Assembly (NCBI GenBank): GCA_964344885.1
Contig: CAYFOW010000001.1
Span: 15,278-79,277 of the forward strand
Origin: an uncultured Candidatus Nitrosopelagicus sp.
GTDB lineage: Archaea; Thermoproteota; Nitrososphaeria; Nitrososphaerales; Nitrosopumilaceae
DNA length: 64,000 bases
Reading direction: 5' to 3'
Shown here: positions 8,700 to 17,810 of the stretch, one piece after another
Numbering within the stretch: position 1 is the first letter of the stretch
How the letters are laid out: each line of letters begins with the position of its first letter
Position numbers and translations under genes: made by a program
Notes under the pieces: generated by a model
The model's database searches: none
What the model was told of the DNA's origin: nothing
Seen by the model: only the letters and a program-made list of their open reading frames with translations

Positions 8700-8840
8700 A
8701 TGTTCGGTTTATTTAGCAAGATAGGAACAAAACTTGAATACAAAAAAGGGAAGAAATACCAGGGTAAGGTTTCAATTGTCATGGTAGGATTAGGAGTAAC
8801 ATTTCTAATTTTATCAGCATTGTTTATGCTAACCCAATAA
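8700..8840 (+). CDS. 46-aa tail-anchored membrane microprotein
   Basis: Manual ORF MFGLFSKIGTKLEYKKGKKYQGKVSIVMVGLGVTFLILSALFMLTQ; ATG directly follows the upstream stop. Confidence 0.5.
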   Translation: MFGLFSKIGTKLEYKKGKKYQGKVSIVMVGLGVTFLILSALFMLTQ

Positions 8841-8862
8841 TGAAATCTATTCTTTAAAGAAA

Positions 8863-8997
8863 TTAAGAAGTTTCTTTTTTAGATGATTTCTTATTTACTT
8901 TTTCATCCCATTCTAAACCCATTTTTGCACAATAGATTTCTTCTAGCTTTGCTAAATCTTCAGATGTGATTTTCTTTTTATTTCCAAGTAAATTCAT
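8863..8997 (-). CDS. 44-aa hypothetical microprotein
   Basis: Manual ORF MNLLGNKKKITSEDLAKLEEIYCAKMGLEWDEKVNKKSSKKETS. Confidence 0.4.
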   Translation of the reverse strand: MNLLGNKKKITSEDLAKLEEIYCAKMGLEWDEKVNKKSSKKETS

Positions 8998-9221
8998 AGC
9001 AAAAATTTCTAAACATTATAGATAAGGAATTCTAGAAATGAATATCAAATAATTACAAAGTGATTTACAGCAATTAAGAAAATTAAAAACAGAAAATTTT
9101 TAGTAAGAAGTACAAATTATTATGAATTAGATATATGATCTAAACTAGAGCTAAAATCATATGAAATAAAATAACTAAAATTTCAATATCAAAAACTATT
9201 ATCAAATGATCTACAATTTCC

Positions 9222-9815
9222 ATGGCGGATAAATATCATGTTTTTAAAAAAAACCTAATGTTAATTACGGATTCAGTGAATTATAGTGAAATTTGCAATG
9301 ATGTGATGCAAAAAGATCAAGCTGTCAGATATGTAGGAGTGTTAGGAAGGAGTGGAGAAATGTTAACTGAGAGATACAGACATGATGTTCAGAGCATACT
9401 TAATGAAGAAGAAACCAGAATGGCACGACATTATGCATCAGCAAAATGGGAAATGCGTAAAACGCTTGAACATAAAATAGGCAAAGAGAAAATGGCCATT
9501 TCAATTTATAACAACATCACACAGATTTCAGTTCCGCTAAACAATCAAGAATTATTGCTGATTAGTTTAGATACAGATTATGATCAGAGTAAGATTATAG
9601 ATAAATTTATCAACATTGCATCAACGTTTCAGAAAATTAATGAGTGGTTAAATCAAGAAATTCCAATTGAAGAGTTGCGCAAGAAAGATTCAGAAGAACT
9701 AATCAAACAAAAAGAATTTTTGGAACAAAAAGCATCAAGCTTTGATCCAGTGGTAAAGAGCATTGTTAAAAAAAATATCAGGCATATCAATTCAGTTCTA
9801 AAAGAAATTTGTTGA
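9222..9815 (+). CDS. DUF6659-like (roadblock/profilin-like) protein with charged C-terminal extension
   Basis: VRYVGVL...G....R, LEHKIGKEK..IS.Y..I.QISVPL pattern. Confidence 0.6.
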   Translation: MADKYHVFKKNLMLITDSVNYSEICNDVMQKDQAVRYVGVLGRSGEMLTERYRHDVQSILNEEETRMARHYASAKWEMRKTLEHKIGKEKMAISIYNNITQISVPLNNQELLLISLDTDYDQSKIIDKFINIASTFQKINEWLNQEIPIEELRKKDSEELIKQKEFLEQKASSFDPVVKSIVKKNIRHINSVLKEIC

Positions 9816-9885
9816 TTAGAAACTGATTATCAAATGATGTGTGAACAGCATTGTGGATAAATAGGTTAAGCTAATAATTATTCTA

Positions 9886-10143
9886 ATGATGGTACAAAAA
9901 GTAACTGGAAGAGGTACAGGTGTCAGAGAAGCAAACATCTCTGAACAAAATTGGGCAGGAGATAATTATGTCCAAATTCAAAACAAAAGACTTCAGAGTA
10001 CCAAAAAAGATCTAACTATCCATATCGGAAGAGGTAGTAAAACAATTCGTGCATCAGAATTACCCAAACGTCTTAACAGACCTACTGGAAGAGGAATAAT
10101 AGTTAGTTCAGGAAGAGGTACAAGAAGTTATTTGTTACAATAA
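9886..10143 (+). CDS. Small basic hypothetical protein with four GRG motifs
   Basis: 85-aa ORF followed by a hairpin and T-tract. Confidence 0.65.
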   Translation: MMVQKVTGRGTGVREANISEQNWAGDNYVQIQNKRLQSTKKDLTIHIGRGSKTIRASELPKRLNRPTGRGIIVSSGRGTRSYLLQ

Positions 10144-10175
10144 ATGCATAGAATAGATTCTATGCATATTTTTTT
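10144..10175 (+). terminator. Hairpin plus T-tract between convergent genes
   Basis: ATGCATAGAAT-AG-ATTCTATGCAT perfect 11-bp stem followed by a T run. Confidence 0.6.
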
Positions 10176-10190
10176 AATTAACATAAAAAA

Positions 10191-10367
10191 TTAGGACATC
10201 ATTGCATGTTTACACTCAGTGCATGATGACCATGTATTATCAGAATTAAGTTCAGGGCAAGTATTACAAATCATTGTAATTTTGCAGTCATTACATGTCC
10301 ACTGCTTTGATGTAACTGTTTTTTCACAGTAAACACATGTTCCAGGAACATTCGCTTCAAACATCAT
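10191..10367 (-). CDS. 58-aa protein with four CxxC motifs (double zinc ribbon-like)
   Basis: Manual ORF containing CVYC, CNDC, CNTC, CTEC. Confidence 0.7.
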   Translation of the reverse strand: MMFEANVPGTCVYCEKTVTSKQWTCNDCKITMICNTCPELNSDNTWSSCTECKHAMMS

Positions 10368-10466
10368 ATAAGATAAATTTCATGTTATGAAATAAAAGAG
10401 AAACTGAAAATGATCATCATTTGATATTGCTGTTTTAATTAAATTAATTTTGTAAATGAAAAAAGA

Positions 10467-11072
10467 TTAGTTGAATTTGTTTTCAAAGACTACCTGATCT
10501 AAATCAAGCTGTCCACCCCTTGGTGCTGCAGGCTCTGCTGCTTTACCAACCACAATCATCAAAACAATCATGTGATCATCAGGAAGATTGATGATTTTTG
10601 CCAATTCATCGTATTCAAATCCTACCATAGGACAAGAGTCAAGACCCATTTGTCGTGCAGCAAGCATTATTGTTTGACCCGCAAATCCACATGAACGAAT
10701 TGCTTCATCACGTCTATTTTGAGTACTGTCAGCATATTTAGTATACAATGCGTTTTTGACATGTTCTTGTTTTTCTGTAGTTGAATTTTTCCAGTATCTT
10801 AAAGGATCTTGATTCCATGCATTCATGTTACCACACAGAATTATAACTAATGAGCCATCTGAAGGTTGAGCCTGATTACGGGCAGCTTTGCTAATTTTAT
10901 CTTTTATTGATTGATCTGTGACTGTGATAAATCTCCAGTTTTGGTGGTTATAGCTGGTAGGAGAAAGAATTGTCAATTCCATTAAAGAACGAATTTGTTC
11001 ATCAGTCATTTTATAGGTTTTATCGAATTTTTTAATTGCACGTCTAGTTTTAATTGCATCAAAAGTATCCAT
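10467..11072 (-). CDS. Nitroreductase family protein
   Basis: IKTRRAIKKF, SPTSYNHQNWRF, ARQMGLDSCPMVGF. Confidence 0.93.
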   Translation of the reverse strand: MDTFDAIKTRRAIKKFDKTYKMTDEQIRSLMELTILSPTSYNHQNWRFITVTDQSIKDKISKAARNQAQPSDGSLVIILCGNMNAWNQDPLRYWKNSTTEKQEHVKNALYTKYADSTQNRRDEAIRSCGFAGQTIMLAARQMGLDSCPMVGFEYDELAKIINLPDDHMIVLMIVVGKAAEPAAPRGGQLDLDQVVFENKFN

Positions 11073-11128
11073 TCCTAATCAAAATAAGAAAGAAATTTTC
11101 CTAATTTAATTGATAAACTAAAACAAAA

Positions 11129-12187
11129 TTAGAAAATTGACTCAAACCTAGTTTTGTCAAAACTATCATCTAATTTTCCAGTAATTGGAATTTTATTTCC
11201 ACAAAAACTGCAGCAATTATTTCTATCCAAATACCAACCCAGTATATCAAATCCATGTCTTTTAACGATCATTTTCTTACAACCAGAACAATACGTATTT
11301 TCAAGAGGATGACCAGGAGTATTTCCAAGATAAACGTATTCTAATCCAACTTCTTTTGCAATATCATAATGTTTCTGTAAAATTTCAATTGGAGTTGAAG
11401 GATAATTTTGCATTTTATAATCAGGATGAAATCTTAAGAAATGAATCGGCATTTCAGGTCCAAATTCATCAAAGATGAACTTACAGAGGGTTTTTGCATA
11501 TTCTAAATCCTCACCATCACGAGGAATAATCAAGTCAGTTATCTCTACATGAATTTTGGTTTTATCACGAATTTCAAGAAGTGTATCAAATATAGGAGAT
11601 GGATCTGGAACACCAATAAACTTCTTAACAAAATTTGGTTCAGCACTTCCCTTAAAATCAACAGTGATACAATCAAGAAAATCACCCATCATATTAACAG
11701 ATTCAGGAGTACCATATCCATTTGAGACAAATACATTAAACAATCCTTTTTCATGTGCAATTTTTCCACAGTCATGAGCATATTCTAAAAAAATTATAGG
11801 TTCGTTGTAGGTATAAGCAATTCCTTGGGAACTGTGTGCAAGTGCTTCATTGACCACCATTTCAGGACTAATTTTTTTCCCTTCAATTTTTCGTCTTTGA
11901 CTTAGATCATAGTTTTGACAGTATTTACACATCCAATTACATCCTGTCGTTCCAATTGAGAAAACTTTTGTTCCTGGTCGATAATGTGTTACAGGTTTTT
12001 TTTCAATTGGATCGATATGACCGACATTTGCTAATCCATAAACAAACAATTCAAGCATACCATTTTTGTTTCCTCGTACACCACATAAGCCAATTTGATC
12101 ATCTTTCATTTCACAATATCGAGGGCAAGCAAGGCAACGAACTTTATTCTCAGATGTTTTTTCAAATAAAATTTCGCTAGGTTTCAT
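11129..12187 (-). CDS. AmmeMemoRadiSam system radical SAM enzyme
   Basis: CxxCPRYC N-terminus, DPIEKKP, CNWMCKYCQN radical SAM motif, TYNEP, HFLRFHPDYK. Confidence 0.93.
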   Translation of the reverse strand: MKPSEILFEKTSENKVRCLACPRYCEMKDDQIGLCGVRGNKNGMLELFVYGLANVGHIDPIEKKPVTHYRPGTKVFSIGTTGCNWMCKYCQNYDLSQRRKIEGKKISPEMVVNEALAHSSQGIAYTYNEPIIFLEYAHDCGKIAHEKGLFNVFVSNGYGTPESVNMMGDFLDCITVDFKGSAEPNFVKKFIGVPDPSPIFDTLLEIRDKTKIHVEITDLIIPRDGEDLEYAKTLCKFIFDEFGPEMPIHFLRFHPDYKMQNYPSTPIEILQKHYDIAKEVGLEYVYLGNTPGHPLENTYCSGCKKMIVKRHGFDILGWYLDRNNCCSFCGNKIPITGKLDDSFDKTRFESIF

Positions 12188-12225
12188 GACAATATAATAT
12201 GAATAATAGATTTTAAATGATCAAA

Positions 12226-12642
12226 TCAAATATCATAACTAGATTTCAGTTTTGATAAGACTGAAAAAAGTTCAGATTCAGAAGTTACAATATTATTTGC
12301 AAAGGCAATTGGCCAAGGCGTAGGAAGATTTTTCTCACAAAATAATATCACATGTTTATTATGTTTTGATGCAACATACATTTCAATTCCAGTACCATAA
12401 CTTGGATTGCCATCAGCTAATACCAGAATAACATCACTTTTAGAAACATAGTTTAGATCATGGGAAATAATTTGCTTACTAAGGGAGATTTCATTCCTAA
12501 AATCATTAATTTTTGAATAATTCATGTTTTTTTCATCAATATGATCAATTATGTCATAACCTTTCTCATGTAACACGGAATACCAGTGTTTAATTTTTTC
12601 AACACCACCAAAACCAATTGGACCACATACCATAATTTTCAT
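12226..12642 (-). CDS. Nucleoside 2-deoxyribosyltransferase-like protein
   Basis: DL..V.KSDVIL, PSYGTGIEM.VA. Confidence 0.7.
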   Translation of the reverse strand: MKIMVCGPIGFGGVEKIKHWYSVLHEKGYDIIDHIDEKNMNYSKINDFRNEISLSKQIISHDLNYVSKSDVILVLADGNPSYGTGIEMYVASKHNKHVILFCEKNLPTPWPIAFANNIVTSESELFSVLSKLKSSYDI

Positions 12643-12732
12643 AACTGTACTATATCCAATGAATAAAAAATATTTTCGAAATAAAAACGATATAGAACAT
12701 AATCTTAATTACTTGAATAATGAAATTACATT

Positions 12733-13164
12733 ATGAATAAAAAATCTGAAAAATTTTTTAAAGAATATTTGAGTTCATTGCCAGATACAAATATCAAACA
12801 GTTTTATGATGAAGTGGAGTGGACTCCATTTCCAGTATTAGTGATGAGAGAGTTTCAAAAAAGATTCAAACCAAAAGACGATAAAGAATTCATTACAAAA
12901 CTTGTCAAGACTGCAGAAGATGCAAAAAATAAAGGTCAAAAGATTAGTCATATTGCCAAAGTTAAGGGGTTAGGAATCTCAAAACAAGTAAAAAAAGATG
13001 CCAAAAAGAAGATTGCAAAAAATATCACATCTGCAAAACGAATACTTACATCATCTGAAGAAAATATTGAGCTAATTAAAAAATTAGGAGAGTTAAAGAA
13101 AGCAGGACTAATTACTAACCAAGAATTTCTTCAAAAGAAAAAACAGTTGTTAGATAAAATTTAA
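12733..13164 (+). CDS. SHOCT-domain protein
   Basis: C-terminal IKKLGELKKAGLITNQEF.QKKKQLL. Confidence 0.75.
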   Translation: MNKKSEKFFKEYLSSLPDTNIKQFYDEVEWTPFPVLVMREFQKRFKPKDDKEFITKLVKTAEDAKNKGQKISHIAKVKGLGISKQVKKDAKKKIAKNITSAKRILTSSEENIELIKKLGELKKAGLITNQEFLQKKKQLLDKI

Positions 13165-13313
13165 GTCATTATCACGGATGATAACTGGAATTCCATTTTA
13201 TTTATAGAGTGATACGATTAGATATATCCAAAATCCGTACGAAACACTTTGAGGGGTCAAACACATAATGTCTGGCTCCTCACTTTTACCAATTTTAAAA
13301 TAATTCAGTAGAA

Positions 13314-13709
13314 CTAATTTCCAAAAAACGTATACCACTCTTGGCCAAGAATTCTAATTATACCATAAGCAGTTCTATCAATATTGATGTCAGGCTCAGC
13401 AGTAATCAATAAAACATATTCATCCAAAGGAAAGCTCATCATTACAATTTTCTCTCTTCTTGAAGCAGAGTATTTTACACGACCTAGCTTATAATCAAAG
13501 TTTTTTCGCAGAGTAATTCTTGCTGCTAATTCACGATATAGTTTATGACGATTATCATCTTGCTCGTATGGAGTAAGACCATCTTTGAATCCACCAGTAA
13601 TTAATTCACCTGATGAATTGACAATTCCTGCAAAACGAATTTTGGGTTCTTTGGTAATCTCTATACATTTATCTGCAAAACGTTTTACAAATTCCTCATC
13701 AGTTGTCAT
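13314..13709 (-). CDS. DUF6659-like (roadblock/profilin-like) protein
   Basis: IRFAGIVN..G.LI.GG, FDYKLGRVKYS...REKI...SFP. Confidence 0.7.
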   Translation of the reverse strand: MTTDEEFVKRFADKCIEITKEPKIRFAGIVNSSGELITGGFKDGLTPYEQDDNRHKLYRELAARITLRKNFDYKLGRVKYSASRREKIVMMSFPLDEYVLLITAEPDINIDRTAYGIIRILGQEWYTFFGN

Positions 13710-13788
13710 AATAGAACACCTACAGATATGATCAAATGCAATTGTATAACAGTTGCTGAATTTGAGTGACTCAAATAAGAATTAGATT

Positions 13789-15540
13789 TCAAGTCTCTAC
13801 CTCATTTTGTCTTAAAATGTACACTGTAAATTCATCAGAATTATCAGTGTCAATTTTTTCAAAGGAATAATTAATCTGAGTTTGAATTAAACGATGCAAC
13901 GCATCGCCAACTACAATTCCATTTTGTGGTGCAAATCGGTTAATTTTTGCACAGCGATTCACAGTAGAGCCAAAGATATCATCAATTGCAGATGTAGCAA
14001 TACTTGCAATTCTAACTGGACCATATGTTGCACTAATTTTGTAACTTAATTGTGGAAGATTATCTTTTAACATTAATTCATTTATTTTATTTCTAGAATT
14101 TATCATTTCAAAACAACAATTCATTGAATTTTTTAATTCAGCCATGTCTTCAGAATTTGTTTTAGGGAAATAAAACAACAATGCATCACCTATGTTTTTT
14201 ACAACTATCCCATTATGATCACGTACAATTTGAGCCATATTATTTAGGAAATTGCTGTAAAATTTACTAGTATCAAGATCAGAGAGGTTTGCAGTGATTT
14301 TAGTTGATTGAACAACATCAACCATACAAACACAAAACTTTTCACTAAATTCAGTAAATTGTAATAGTACATCTTTTTGTTCTTTGATTAGCTCATCTTT
14401 TTGTCGAATTACAACTTCTGATTCTTCAATTTTTTTTGCCATAGTATCAAATGATTCAGATAATTTTCCAATTTCATCACCTGAACGGATATTTGTTCGT
14501 ACAGTAAAATCACCAGATGCAACAAGATTTGCAGCATTTTTGAGTTTGATGATGGGTTTTGAGATTAATTTTGACATAAAAAATGCAATGAATCCCATTC
14601 CAATGGCAATCATACCGCCTGCAATGATCAATTTACCTTGAAACGACATTATGGGTTGAATTGTTTCTTCTTTGTCAATTTCTGCAATTAAAACAAATCC
14701 AAAATCTGCAGAACAGTGTGATGATCCTACAATGGGAATTCCACGATAGTCATCATACTCACCACTCATATCGCTCCCATTTTCAAAACATAGTCTTACA
14801 GGAGGAGTATCAACAATTTGTTTTAAAACAGAATCTTCGATAAATCTAGAGTCAGAGATCATCAGTTGATCTTTATTTACAGTGTACACTTCACCAGTTT
14901 CACCTAATCCGCTTCTTTGCAAAAGTATTCGGTCATAATCAGAAGTTCTCATCGAAGTAATTAATACACCAATACGTTCTGATTTATCATCTTTATCAAA
15001 AATGGGCAATGCAATAATCATTTTTTTGTAACCATCTAATGTTACGTCAATCATTATCACAGGATTTGACATAGCATCAACAAATAATGGTACACTAGAG
15101 TAATCTTTGGTCATATCGGTTTTTCCAAGAGAAAATAAAGCATTACCATTTTTTCCGATTACTTTCAAATCTTCAAACCCAATTGAAAATCCAACTAATT
15201 CCTGAAATGCCTGTACCTCAATTAGAAAATCTCGTCTTCTCTCATTAATTTTATTAATATTTTCATCATCTAACGGGATGTCATTTAATGAACTAGTCAA
15301 AGTTTGGATCATAGGATTTGTAGAAATTATCTGAATTTGTTTAATTCTAGTCTCATACAACTTTTCTACTGCTTCTCCACGAATTTGAGACTCACTGACT
15401 AATTGGTTACCAATTCGTTCACTAATTATGGCTTCTGCAAAACTAAAGCTTAGAACTGCACTTGCAATGATTGCAACAACAGATGCAATTAATACCAAAA
15501 AAATCAGCTTTTTATCAAGACCAATAGACATCTGAGACAT
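13789..15540 (-). CDS. Membrane class III nucleotide cyclase with Cache-like sensor and HAMP domain
   Basis: Two TM helices, HAMP (PI.KL..AA..VASGDF...DEIG.L..SFD.M), MVDVVQST, VKNIGDALL, DIFGSTVNRCAKI. Confidence 0.88.
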   Translation of the reverse strand: MSQMSIGLDKKLIFLVLIASVVAIIASAVLSFSFAEAIISERIGNQLVSESQIRGEAVEKLYETRIKQIQIISTNPMIQTLTSSLNDIPLDDENINKINERRRDFLIEVQAFQELVGFSIGFEDLKVIGKNGNALFSLGKTDMTKDYSSVPLFVDAMSNPVIMIDVTLDGYKKMIIALPIFDKDDKSERIGVLITSMRTSDYDRILLQRSGLGETGEVYTVNKDQLMISDSRFIEDSVLKQIVDTPPVRLCFENGSDMSGEYDDYRGIPIVGSSHCSADFGFVLIAEIDKEETIQPIMSFQGKLIIAGGMIAIGMGFIAFFMSKLISKPIIKLKNAANLVASGDFTVRTNIRSGDEIGKLSESFDTMAKKIEESEVVIRQKDELIKEQKDVLLQFTEFSEKFCVCMVDVVQSTKITANLSDLDTSKFYSNFLNNMAQIVRDHNGIVVKNIGDALLFYFPKTNSEDMAELKNSMNCCFEMINSRNKINELMLKDNLPQLSYKISATYGPVRIASIATSAIDDIFGSTVNRCAKINRFAPQNGIVVGDALHRLIQTQINYSFEKIDTDNSDEFTVYILRQNEVET

Positions 15541-15582
15541 ACTAATTTTGGACTGTATCAGAATATCAAGTGTTCGGGCATT

Positions 15583-16104
15583 CTACAAGACAGTAATTGT
15601 TCCAATACGCCATGGGTGAATGGTACAAAAATAGTTAAATTTTCCTGAATCTGCAAATTTATGCTTAAATTGATCACCTGTTTCTAACATACCACTGTTA
15701 AACAATGAGATAATATTTCCATCATCATCCATGCTTTGGATGGTATGACCAACTGTATCTTGATTTGTCCAGATTACTACCGTATTTTTGTCAACCACGG
15801 CATTTAATGGTATATAGAAACCGCGATTTGTTTTTTCATAGTTTCCATTAGGTAAAACAACTAGTGATGTTTTGTCATAACCCGTTGAAAGCTTATCAGT
15901 AGATTCAATTTGGATTATTCCTTTATCAATTAAAAACTGAATTGCGTTAAGAAAATCATTTTCAGTGACTTTTCCTTCGCCATACCATCTGGCAGTATTT
16001 TTTATCCAATCAGGAAGTTCTGCTGAAGCAGAGGGAATTGAAATAACAGGTATTAACAAGGTAAATATCAATACAGATGAAATTAAAATAGTAAATTTTT
16101 TCAT
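15583..16104 (-). CDS. Secreted cupredoxin/plastocyanin-like protein with WIKN..RW module
   Basis: Signal peptide, WTNQD...HT, YFCTIHPW. Confidence 0.85.
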   Translation of the reverse strand: MKKFTILISSVLIFTLLIPVISIPSASAELPDWIKNTARWYGEGKVTENDFLNAIQFLIDKGIIQIESTDKLSTGYDKTSLVVLPNGNYEKTNRGFYIPLNAVVDKNTVVIWTNQDTVGHTIQSMDDDGNIISLFNSGMLETGDQFKHKFADSGKFNYFCTIHPWRIGTITVL

Positions 16105-16243
16105 TAATAATTAGTAACGCAATTTATTATAACAAGAATAGTCAGATATCAAAATTGATAATATGAGAATGTGATAAAATCACTATTTTCAGATAATAAA
16201 GATTTTACAGTGACGGTAGTCTGAGAAAATAAGGAGTGTAATA

Positions 16244-17161
16244 TTGATTTCAATAATAGGAACTGGTAGAATAGGATCAGCTATTGCATTTCTTTTAGCA
16301 TCTACAAATTTAGATTCAATTAGACTAGTCAATAGAACTGCAAAAAAGGCTAAAGGCCATGTGCTTGATTTATCAAGTGTATTTCCAAATGAATCAAAAA
16401 ACATAGTGACTAGTACAGAAGATTTTTCAGAGATAAAAGATTCAAAAGTAATCATAATTACTGCCAGTGTTGGTACATATCAAAAAGACCGAATGGAGCA
16501 AGTAGAATTACAAATAAACATGATAAAATCAATTGCTTCAAAAATAAAAAAATATGCTTCAAATTCAAAAATACTAATCATATCTAATCCAGTAGATGTT
16601 TTAACATACGTATTTCTAAAAGAGACTGGATTTGATAGACATAGAGTAATAGGAGTTGGATCAGGATTGGATTCAAATAGATTACAGCAAATTTTATCAG
16701 AGAAGATTAACTGCAAACCACATGAAATTTTAAATTCAACAGTTTTAGGCGAGCATGGAGATACTATGGTACCAATTTATTCAAAGATTAAATTCAGACA
16801 AAAAAAGATCACAGATGTTATTTCAGATTCAGAATTATTAGATGCAACAAAAAGATTAAGGAATTACTGGAGAGATATTCGTAAAAATAAAGGCCCATCA
16901 GTATATGGAGTATCAAAGAAGACATGTGATTTGGTCAATGCAATCATAAATGATTCAGAACTAAATACATCAGCATCAATTCTTTTAGATGGGGAATATG
17001 AAATGGACGATGTCTGTATTGGAATGCCAGTAAGCATTTCGCAAAATGTAGTAAGTTTTAGAGAGATTCCTCTAAAAGATAGTGAAAGAAAAGCAGTTTG
17101 CGCTTCAGCTGATACAGTAAAAAAATACATCAGAAATTCATATTCTCATCAAAATGAATGA
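16244..17161 (+). CDS. Lactate/malate dehydrogenase family protein (divergent)
   Basis: GTGRIG, ISNPVD, LDSNR, GEHGD. Confidence 0.88.
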   Translation: MISIIGTGRIGSAIAFLLASTNLDSIRLVNRTAKKAKGHVLDLSSVFPNESKNIVTSTEDFSEIKDSKVIIITASVGTYQKDRMEQVELQINMIKSIASKIKKYASNSKILIISNPVDVLTYVFLKETGFDRHRVIGVGSGLDSNRLQQILSEKINCKPHEILNSTVLGEHGDTMVPIYSKIKFRQKKITDVISDSELLDATKRLRNYWRDIRKNKGPSVYGVSKKTCDLVNAIINDSELNTSASILLDGEYEMDDVCIGMPVSISQNVVSFREIPLKDSERKAVCASADTVKKYIRNSYSHQNE

Positions 17162-17422
17162 TCGCCTCTTTATTTAACCAAATTTCAGATTATAGGGACA
17201 ATTTTGGAAAGCCAAGAGCAAATTACGTAAGAGCTAGCCCCATTCATCTTTGTTATGACCAGCATCAGAATCTGACTTAACTTTCCAAGAAATCTTTACG
17301 GATTTGATTTCTTCCATGTGTACCATACACAAAAATTTGATATAAGGTTGTGGATTTTTTTGCATTGCACTGCATTACAATGTGGACTGAGTCATTATAT
17401 GATTCCATACAGAATAAAATAC

Positions 17423-17761
17423 ATGCAAACAATACTACAGGGAAGAAAAATTGAAGATGAAGATCGAAAAGATGCCATACTTCAGATCATGTCTGACAAA
17501 TATTGTCGAGCAATTCTAGATACTTCAATGGATAGACCCAAATCTGCCATGGAAATAAGTGCCGATTGCAAAATTCCAATCAGTACTGTTTACAGAAGGC
17601 TACAAACTCTTCATGACAACAAATTAGTTGGAATTTCAGGTTCCATTAGTGAAGAGGGAAAGAAATACTTCCTTTACAAAAGCAAAGTAAAGGCGATACA
17701 GACATCCTTTAATGGAAACTTTATCGAAATTGAAGTTGTTCCTAACAAAACACAAAGTTAG
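17423..17761 (+). CDS. Winged-helix (ArsR-like) transcription regulator
   Basis: KSA.EIS..CKIPISTVYRRLQ.L; ORF track starts at 17318, ATG at 17423 preferred. Confidence 0.8.
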   Translation: MQTILQGRKIEDEDRKDAILQIMSDKYCRAILDTSMDRPKSAMEISADCKIPISTVYRRLQTLHDNKLVGISGSISEEGKKYFLYKSKVKAIQTSFNGNFIEIEVVPNKTQS

Positions 17762-17810
17762 GAATACTAAATTTTATTCCATTTCATTTTCTAATAATCA
17801 TTTTTGAGAA

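Noticed and set aside
16147-16160. TATCAAAATTGATA inverted repeat (similar to TATCAAACTTGATA at 4589-4602)
   Set aside because: Spacing differs from the ATCA-NN-TGAT core and it is AT-rich; insufficient on its own.
17222-17330. Short minus-strand ORF (about 30 aa) after the MDH-like gene
   Set aside because: Too short, with no motif or other support.
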